Shown here: piece after piece, positions 54,912 through 64,000 of the stretch | How the letters are laid out: every line of letters begins with the position of its first letter | How positions within the stretch are numbered: the stretch's first letter is position 1 | From: Octopus sinensis | Taxonomy: Eukaryota | Assembly: GCF_006345805.1 (NCBI RefSeq) | Contig: NC_043018.1 | Coordinates: 17,670,001 to 17,734,000 of the forward strand | Length of the DNA stretch: 64,000 nucleotides | Reading direction: 5' to 3' | Notes under the pieces: model-generated | What the model was told of the DNA's origin: nothing | Databases searched by the model: none | What the model saw: the letters and a program-made list of their open reading frames with translations, nothing else | Made by a program: the position numbers and the translations under genes

Positions 54912-55269
54912 AATAAACACAGGCACACACTAGAGGCCAGTGACATCAGCTATGAACATCTTTTCTCCATAAACTTCATGAAGAAGGGACTCTAGCACCG
55001 AAATATTGAAATATTAGGTAACAGTAAGCATCAACTTGTACTATCAAGGTTTTTATAACTTGCACTGCTTTGGCGTTAAGATATTTTAAACATTTACACA
55101 CACACATATGCACACGTACACACACACACACACCTATTCATACAAGAGAAGTCAAAAATTAGTTTGACTTCCGCCAAAAGTTTGTTTAGGTTCACCGTAA
55201 TATCATTAGTGCTCACGTGCTAAAAGATGGGGCACTTTCGGTTATATAACCGAAGTTTCACCTTGATCG

Positions 55270-55622
55270 GTGAAAGGCATCATCCAGCTATGACTGACCA
55301 TGGGATTGCACATAGAATGTTACCCTCCGAGGCACAAGTTTCGACAAAGTTTTTATGGAAGTCCTGTAGTCGCCCATGTATGGCAGACTCGTCTCTCATC
55401 GACACCGATGTTATCCAAGGGAGAAGCAAAGGGGCCGATACAGCTTGACCCCAGTGATGTCACAACTCATTTGTACACCTGAGTGAACTGGATCGTCGTG
55501 AAGTAAAGTGTCTCGCTTCAGAACAAAACAAGCAGTTGGGTCCGAGAATCGAACTCATGATTGAGTTTAATATTACTTATGATTGTAAACCCGACACTCT
55601 AATCAGTGAGCCACGCACCTTT
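55270..55622 (-). mobile_element. SINE family D, older copy
   Basis: TGACCATGGGATTGCA..GTTATCCAAGGG..TGAGTGAACTGGA..GAGCCACGCACCTT is colinear with 20851-21188. Confidence 0.85.
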
Positions 55623-55769
55623 ACATATGTATATATGTATGTGTGTGTGTGTGTGCGAGTGTATGTGTGCGAGTGTGTAAGTGACTTCTACTGCAGCTTT
55701 GTCAGTGGATTTGTTAGAGAGGAACTGAAAGAAGCCCGTCATATATATATATATATATACACACACATG

Positions 55770-55805
<36 letters not shown>

Positions 55806-55825
55806 ATAATATATATATATATATA

Positions 55826-55870
<45 letters not shown>

Positions 55871-56379
55871 TTTGTAAACCAACCAGAAAGGATTTGTAAG
55901 TAATGGAGAGAAAGCTATGGAAGACTCATAGTGCAATAATAACATATCATAATAATATGTATTCTCCGTTTTGAAGCGAATGTTTTAAAATACAAACAAA
56001 TGACCAAAAAACGATGAGCTACCCGAATCGAACCCACAAACCAACGGTAAGATGGCGTTGTTGATAACATATGTGTCCTTATGTATAAACATATAGATAT
56101 ATAGATACACACATAGGCACATACATACATACATACATAAATACATACATGAATGTATGTACGTTTGTATGTATGCGCGTATGTGTGTATGTATATATTC
56201 ATTTATATATTTATGCATAAGCACACAAATATATTATTAACATTGTTGAACTCATTATAAATACTGAATATTTAAGAGTTTGTAGCAAAGAGACAAAAAT
56301 GGAAGGGGAAAAGGAGGAGCGAGTAAATCAATAAGGAGAATTGAACAGAATGGCATAGCTTAGGACGAGAATGTAAATA

Positions 56380-56420
<41 letters not shown>

Positions 56421-56537
56421 AAGTATATTTGACATTTACGTGTGGCTAACCACTAAGAGTGGATGGTACTGTAGCTTGTAGCCCCAGGAGAACATCTTCC
56501 ACAGCTGGCTATTGACACACTTTCTGTGCCCTATCAG

Positions 56538-56592
56538 TATTTGCAAAGGGAAGCCATCCTTCGATGGGAAGGATGGCTTCCCTTTGCAAATA
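56538..56592. other. Perfect 25-bp hairpin with 5-nt loop
   Basis: TATTTGCAAAGGGAAGCCATCCTTC-GATGG-GAAGGATGGCTTCCCTTTGCAAATA, no mismatches. Confidence 0.97.
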
Positions 56593-56710
56593 TACATACG
56601 TATATATATATATATAAATATATATATGTGTATATAAATACATATCTTGAGATATATAGATAGATGTAAATGTATATATATATATATAGTAGTAGTAGTA
56701 GTAGTAGTAA

Positions 56711-56776
<66 letters not shown>

Positions 56777-57109
56777 AAAACGACACCCGGATCAGTAAGA
56801 AACGGTGTGATATATATGAAGTGAATTGATTTGTCAACCATTAATTTTCTTAGCAGCAATATTTATTAATTGTCGTAATAATTTTAATCATGTTTTCAAA
56901 ATGACGATTTATGACATTATAATTATAAGGATAATAATGATAATAACGTCATTATGAATAAATTCATTTTGTTTTACATCAATATTAATGGAAGTGGCAA
57001 TATTTGATATTGAAGAGACTCTTTAATAAAAGAAGATGGAAGTCTGTTGAGAGAAACACAACAGATCAAGTGACGTATGGAGACTGATATGGTAAAATGT
57101 TTTGATACT

Positions 57110-57302
57110 AATAATAATAATGATAATAATAATCCTTCTTATTATAGGCACAAGTCTTGAAATTTGGGGTAATTGGTTTATTGACCCCGGATGAAAGGTA
57201 AAGTTGACCGCAGCTCAATTTGAGCTCAGAACGTAGCGACGGGCGAAATACCGCTAAGCATTGTCGCCCAGCGTGCAAACACTTGAACAAGCTCACCGCC
57301 TT
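57110..57302 (-). mobile_element. SINE family A variant embedded in (ATT)n
   Basis: Minus strand AAGGCGGTGAGCT..ATGCTTAGCGGTATTTCG..CTTTCATCCGGGGTC..CTTGTGCCTATAATAAGAAAGG-(ATT)n. Confidence 0.8.
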
Positions 57303-57306
57303 ATAA

Positions 57307-57343
<37 letters not shown>

Positions 57344-57357
57344 TAATAATAATAATA

Positions 57358-57401
<44 letters not shown>

Positions 57402-57483
57402 TAATAATAATAAAATAATAATAATAATAATAATGTTAAAAAAATAATAAAGTTTCGTAAGGTTTTGTTTTAGACATTCACTA

Positions 57484-57619
57484 GTACAACACTAAATACA
57501 AAACCAAATATATGGCAGCCTATGCATAACACCAACATGAACTTCCAGCCTGTTATCTCTTGAGGTCTCTGGGTGAGACTTGGAGCCAACTTGTACAGAC
57601 ATAAAGCAAAAGTCAAACA

Positions 57620-57668
<49 letters not shown>
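57484..57668 (+). mobile_element. Probable R4/Dong-type 3' UTR fragment with (AAT)n tail
   Basis: Unique ~140-bp island (GAGGTCTCTGGGTGAGACTTGGA..AAAAGTCAAAC) flanked by (AAT)n on both sides, next to the Dong ORF. The assignment is inference. Confidence 0.4.
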
Positions 57669-57669
<1 letters not shown>

Positions 57670-58885
57670 GTCTTAAATTTTGGAATATTATCTAGATGCG
57701 TCTGACAGCCATTTCTTATCATACCAAGGTCTCTCACCGTAGTAGTAACAGTTCTCGTTTTAAGATTCCACATATTTTCTATTTCAGTTTCCAAGCCCTT
57801 AATATTACTTAAGTTTTTAAATTCCTTAACAAATGGGTATATTTTTTCGTCAGTGGGAACACTTACATCTATGAGTCTACAAGTATTTTCTTCTCTGTCT
57901 TTAACGATAATGTCTAGTCGAGTTACCAGGATCGTTCTGTCGGTGTTGACTGAAAAATCCCAGATGATAGTAACATTTTTTACCTTCAATGATTGGCTCA
58001 GGATGATGTTCTTACAAGTTAGCGGGAGTTTTTACATATTTTCCAACGTAAATATTGTCCTAAACTTTCGGTGTCAGCACAGGACATTCTGAGATGAGAT
58101 GGTCTATTGCTTCATCAAATTTATCGCAGAATTTGCATTTAGGGTCAGAACCGATTTGAAGAACGTTAACCTGGTAGCTTTCGTAAGCAAACTTTGATAT
58201 TCTGTCGCTAATATGAAACTTTCAGTCTCTACTTTCTGTCCTGAGCTTCTCAACCACTGATGGGCTGTTGCTTGGTCTACATCAGCATTTCAACACGAAG
58301 TATATACTGTCCATGTAGAGGCTCCTGTTTCCACCGTTTCTAAATTTGTTCCTGCCCTTTTTTTGCAGTATGCTTGATCCGTTTTGCTTTTTTCGTGGCA
58401 GTGGTTTCAGGTTTTTCACCTAATTAAGGGTTAAAGCCACGATCCACTGTGAAAGTACAATCTTTCTTGATAATAGAATGTAATTTTTTTTGCTGCTTTC
58501 GTGTTTGCACAGACGTCGTACCGTCCAATCCTCCACACTAGATAAGTATTTGTCCATTGTTTTTGAGGAATTCTTATAGCACAATTCTACCTATATCATC
58601 TTCTCTTTCCACATTACTTCTATATAGGTACAATCGATCAACGGTGTGGCATGTTCTTAGATATTAGTAGTTTTCTAGTCTTCCTGTCCAGGCGATGGAG
58701 TTCTGTAAAATTCCAGTGAATGATACTAAAACTGTATTGGGCTACTGGAAGTACCGGGGTGTTAGTGGATTCGATGCAGTTTTTGGAGTTGAGTTCAGTG
58801 TTTGAGTCGTATTTTTCTGAAAAATTCTCTTCCTGATTTTTCCGTCATAGTAGCACATTGTACAACATTTCGTTTTATCCCCAAT
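57670..58885 (-). mobile_element. R4/Dong-clade non-LTR retrotransposon fragment (post-RT region, CCHC knuckle, restriction-like endonuclease)
   Basis: Minus strand: KRWKQEPLHGQY, QWLRSSGQKVETESFILA, DPKCKFCDKFDEAIDHLISECPVL (CCHC), IIWDFSVNTDRTI..RLDIIVKD....CRLIDVSVPTD (RLE PD-D motif), EIENMWNLKT. Flanked by TAA-type arrays, the known Dong target. Confidence 0.88.
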
Positions 58886-58892
58886 TATTAAT

Positions 58893-58958
<66 letters not shown>

Positions 58959-58976
58959 CATTATCATTATATTATA

Positions 58977-59007
<31 letters not shown>

Positions 59008-59018
59008 TATATTATTAT

Positions 59019-59105
<87 letters not shown>

Positions 59106-59170
59106 GCATTATCATTATCAGTATTATTATCATTATTATTATTATATTATTATATATTAATATTATCATC

Positions 59171-59201
<31 letters not shown>

Positions 59202-59309
59202 TATTATTATCATTATCATTCTCATTATATTATTATTAGTATTATTATTATTATTAGTAATATTATCATTATCATTATAATTATTATTATTATTATTATT
59301 AGTATTATC

Positions 59310-59389
<80 letters not shown>

Positions 59390-59545
59390 TATATTATCAT
59401 TATTATTATTATTATTAATTATTTATTATTATCATCAGCATTATTATTATTATTATATTATTATTATTATTATTATTATTATATTATTAAGGCGGTGAGA
59501 TGGCAAAATCATTAGCACGGTGGGCGAAATGCTTAGCGATATTAT
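58886..59545 (+). repeat. ~600-bp degenerate (ATT/ATC)n array ending in a SINE family A head (59489-59545)
   Basis: Visible array, followed by AAGGCGGTGAGATGGCAAAATCATTAGCACGGTGGGCGAAATGCTTAGCG. Confidence 0.9.
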
Positions 59546-59570
59546 AAATTGAAAAAGTTAGTAATAGTAA

Positions 59571-59609
<39 letters not shown>

Positions 59610-60087
59610 CAGCAGCAGCAGCATTAGCAGTAGTAGTAGTAGTAGTAAAAGTAGCAGTCGTAGTCCTGGTTTGTAGTAGTAGCGGTGGTGGTGGTGGTGG
59701 TGGTGGTGGCGGTCCTGGAGGCGGAGCGGTGGTGTTAGTAGTGATTAACACGATTATTATTAGTAAGTAATATTAAGTAAGTGTCTGACGATATAAGAGG
59801 AATTATGTATTTGAAATGTCGAACTGTTTGTTAAATGGAAGCTGGAGAAAGACAAAATTTAATCAGACAATTCCGAAGCGCAAATCTTCCTGACCATCAA
59901 TTTAGATTTGCATATCTCTTGTAAACAAGAATCCATAACGAACTCAAGAGACGCACTTACTTCAATTACGAAACTAATTGCTCGGTTACCATGCCAAAAT
60001 ATTCATGAAGATTTCTTTGAAGCCAAATGTCTATGCATACTTATTATATTTCTTTTCATATATATACAGATACATGCATAAATATAC

Positions 60088-60147
<60 letters not shown>

Positions 60148-60284
60148 TCTTTCTTTCTTTTGTTATCTTACCGTTTTATCAATATATATATATATATATA
60201 TATACATATATATATGTATGTATACATACCTGCATACATACATATGTACATATGTATATATCTATATATATATACATATTATAT

Positions 60285-60316
<32 letters not shown>

Positions 60317-60404
60317 GATGGGCATACATGAATTTGTATAATTATCTGTGACCAGATAATAATGAGGGACGCTTATTACTAATTTAATGACGTAAATTTA
60401 TTAA

Positions 60405-60540
60405 TGACGTCTATAAAATTTACCTTCAGGTATTTAAATTGCCTTTAAGTTTTTAAATTGCTTAGCGACGTCTATAAACTTGCCTTCAAGCTTTAAGTTG
60501 CTTAGCGACGTCTATAAATTTGCCTTTACATTTTTAAGTG
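60405..60540 (+). repeat. ~40-bp minisatellite, block 1
   Basis: About 3 units of TTGCTTAGCGACGTCTATAAATTTGCCTTTAAGTTTTTAAA. Confidence 0.85.
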
Positions 60541-60698
60541 TTGATAATATCTGGGGTCTCTACATGTTTACCTGTTGGTAATATCTGGGGCCTCCTTACG
60601 TCAACTAACTAAGATAGTGCCTGTGTCACTAATGAGTTCTTTTGACACTTATTTCTAGCAACGATGGTACCTCTTTGTGTCCTCAGCTAATCTAGTGA

Positions 60699-60839
<141 letters not shown>

Positions 60840-62075
60840 ATCGTGTGCATATAGATTTGTCTATGTGCGTGTATGTGTACATTTGTGCGTATAAGTTTAT
60901 ATATGAAGTGTTATATTGATATAATTATCCAAATATTGCCAACCGCTTCTTGTATGTCCCCCGCAATTAAAGCTAATTCCATGTTATAGACATCTTCTTT
61001 TTGCACCCCCACCTTTATCAAATTAATGATGTCTTCTAAGGAAACATTGATGAGTAATTTATTTCCCCAAATACTTTGAAGTTCCTCTTCGTGAAATCGT
61101 TTATCTCCCTTTCCTTGTAATGGAAAACCGTTGTAATTGTTTATAAAGTAATGCATCTCTTGTAATATCGTTCCCTTACGTGCGATTCTACATTCACTGT
61201 CTTCTACAGTGAGCAGTATCACTCTTACAATGGCGTCTTTCCTAAATGAAGACTGGTCTCTGATCGTCTTCGGATACAGATAAAAGGATTAATTTCTCCC
61301 CAATGTAGCAGACATTTTATCGAAGAATCTATGTGATATATTTCATGCATAAATCCATTTAGTTCATTTTCAGAATTCCAGTTCTAGTCTGCAGGTAACT
61401 GATCTGTATACGCATTAACGAAAGCGCTTCAGTTTCATATTTTAATCAGATAGAAACAGCAACGGGATTTCTTTCATATCACGTCTTAAAATAGGATGTG
61501 GGCGTTAATCAATGATGCCCTGGTAGAAAAATATACACATGATGTTGAAGGTGAATATGACTTTGTATCGGAAATGTTGAATAGAAATTGATCTAACATT
61601 AACAAACGAAAGGAACTAGTATATCTCCAATGTAATTTCCTCTAAATGAAGTACAATAATGAAAGTTGAATGAATGTTATGTAATTCTATTGATTCTTAG
61701 AAAATAATTTACTTCCCCCATTACAGAAGGAAAGACAACTGTCTAGCCTCGTAACCCATATTTCTACAGATTTCCAAACCTTAATTGTAATAATATCAAT
61801 ATCTCGGAAGGTAATGAAGAATAAGATAAAAACAGCTCTTTCTTTTAGGAGTACTCAAGTAGCACTATGAATATACATAGGATGGTTGTGGTTGGAATGT
61901 CTTTAAATGAGTTACGGTGTCGGTATAAATAACAATATTATGATGTTATATAGATATGTTATGTAAAATTCAAGATAAAAATATAACCCAGAAAATGTCT
62001 CAGAGACTCACAAAACGACCTTAGTCTCGAGTATTGTTGTGTATTGTTGTCATGGGAGATCAGGAATTAAAAATA

Positions 62076-62183
62076 ACCTTCAAGCATTTAAGTTGCTTAG
62101 TGACATGTATAAATTTGCCTTTAAGTTTTTAAATCGCTTAGTGGTGTCTATAAATTTACCTTTAGATTTCTAAATTGCTTAGG
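62076..62183 (+). repeat. ~40-bp minisatellite, block 2 (same unit)
   Basis: CCTTCAAGCATTTAAGTTGCTTAGTGACATGTATAAATTTGCCTTTAAGTTTTTAAATCGCTTAG... Confidence 0.85.
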
Positions 62184-63840
62184 TTTTATGAGTGTTTCCT
62201 AAAACAGGGAACGTTGCAAGAGATCTGACGTTTTTTAAGCAGACTTTACAATTAAACTCGCCAGCAACGTAACAAACACAAATAAATGCTGTGAAAAGTC
62301 TCAAAAATTGATGATGAAAGTTTCATTACCACGACCCAACAATATTTCTACATATATATAAAATACATCACATAGAACTACTCTGCTCTGCGAACACAGT
62401 GCAACGCAAACCAATATCAAAACAAAATAATACATTCACCCAATGCGCAGGTCCGCTTGGTTATGCATTGGTAGCACACGTGAAATAAAACTATAATAAA
62501 GCTAAGGATGGGAATCGAACGCGAGTTTACTGAGTAGCTTGCACCAGTTTTATTATGCTAAAGATGCCTGTAGTAAAATCGAAAATATTGCGGAGAAATG
62601 TGAGATTCCTGAAAACAAAAAATTTCCTCTCACACCAGACCTTATCGTTTTCTTCATATCCAACTCCCACATAAACCTGAGACTTGGGAGTTAACTATTC
62701 CTTCCGGCAAATGCTCTACTTCGTTTGTGTGTCAGTGTTAATTAGGGAAGAGAAAAACAAGGGGTTATTTGCGCTGCCAACCGGTTTTTAATAGCTTATA
62801 AAATTATGTTTAAGCTTAGATTTTCAGCGCACAGAGCCATAGACTGCTACTTTTATGGTTATTCCCATGCGCACAAATCACATTATTGAAAATTTTCCAG
62901 TTAAATGTTGAACAGAACCCTATTGCTTGCAAAAATCAGGTGATGAGGTTTAACAGTTACATTAGATGGAATTCATTTCTGATAGAATTTTTTGCTTTTA
63001 ATAGAGAAATATTTCCCATTGATGCTGCTGTTATCATAAAATGTATTGATTTCATATTCCTCTTCAGCTTCCACTACTGCACAGTAAAGAATTTTATATC
63101 ACTGTCATATGATTTCGATGTGAGAAACCTGTATTTTGTTATCGTAGAAAACCAAATGAAAAGTTCCTTCTAAAGCGTGATTTAAAGAGTGCCCAGTAAA
63201 ATATGGCTATATCAAGCGTAAGCAATCTAAAAAAAAACAGGTTATCGTATTCTTCATTATCGCAGAATGAATTAAAAATAAAATTACTTAATTCATAGAC
63301 ATCAAACTTAAAATTGATGAGAAATTCACTTTCTAAAATGTTGCCGTAAAGCATTAAAAATTTAATTGTAAAAAAAGGTGGAAGAGAAGCAACAACAGAC
63401 ACAAATCGTGTGTTGGGTGATCAGTGAGCTTTTTTGCAGTTAACTCTACTACAGCAAAGAGGATTTCATCTTATCAAATGGGAGATACTTTCTCTGAGGG
63501 AGCAGCTACCAAGTAAAGTTTAGCAATGTGATCATGGTTCTGCAGTACTGGAAAGAATAAGTTAAAATTGTTTCATTCTTGAAATTAGCAGTGAGTCGTT
63601 TGAAGGACGAAACACGAATTTTAAAGACAACAAAAGTGTCTGAAATATAAACGCAGGAGTCATCAAGTTAAGCGAATTTGTTGCAACTGCAAATCGAAAC
63701 AGAGATCTACATGTCACAGTGCAAAACATGCAATGAAACATTAAACAAAGTCTCCATGATTTCCGACTGAGAGAAAAAGAAACAAATCATTGTACTTTGC
63801 ATTGATTCACCTGCATTACTGAGTTGATGATATATATATG

Positions 63841-63907
<67 letters not shown>

Positions 63908-64000
63908 TATATGTATATATATATATATGCGTGTGTGTGTGTTTGTGTGTATGTATGTATACACAGACACACATATATATATACAAATATATACATATAT

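Noticed and set aside
60405-60540. Regularly spaced repeats as a possible CRISPR array
   Set aside because: The units are contiguous without unique spacers, there are no cas genes, and the context is eukaryotic.
62850-63600. Possible hAT transposase remnant
   Set aside because: Only vague motif resemblance; no TIR or convincing frame seen.

Overview
Eukaryotic, very AT-rich, microsatellite-saturated DNA. The TA/GATA/ATT arrays, the tRNA-derived SINE families and a protostome-type neuropeptide receptor suggest a coleoid cephalopod, probably Octopus (inference, not proven). Only one host gene is supported: a class A GPCR of the short-neuropeptide-F / prolactin-releasing-peptide receptor type (41578-42789, minus strand, uninterrupted ORF) with a likely splice acceptor in its 5' UTR. 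Almost all other listed ORFs are microsatellite translations or transposon debris. Mobile DNA includes four tRNA-headed SINE families, Penelope-like (PLE) fragments, RTE and R4/Dong LINE fragments, a full-length decayed mariner, Tc1 fragments and a MITE. The most striking signal is invisible in the ORF track. Three separate inverted-repeat or fold-back structures (9.3-10.4 kb, 32.4-32.8 kb, 33.3-33.9 kb) each carry a different minimal type I hammerhead-ribozyme motif with a palindromic helix III, and a fourth, solo motif lies at 29.86 kb. One fold-back joins a tRNA-derived Pol III head to a hammerhead tail, making it a candidate ribozyme-bearing SINE ('retrozyme'-like). A SINE concatemer with identical junctions in the extended anticodon loop (1.0-1.5 kb) hints at a circular-RNA intermediate. 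All calls were made by eye, without alignments or database searches.
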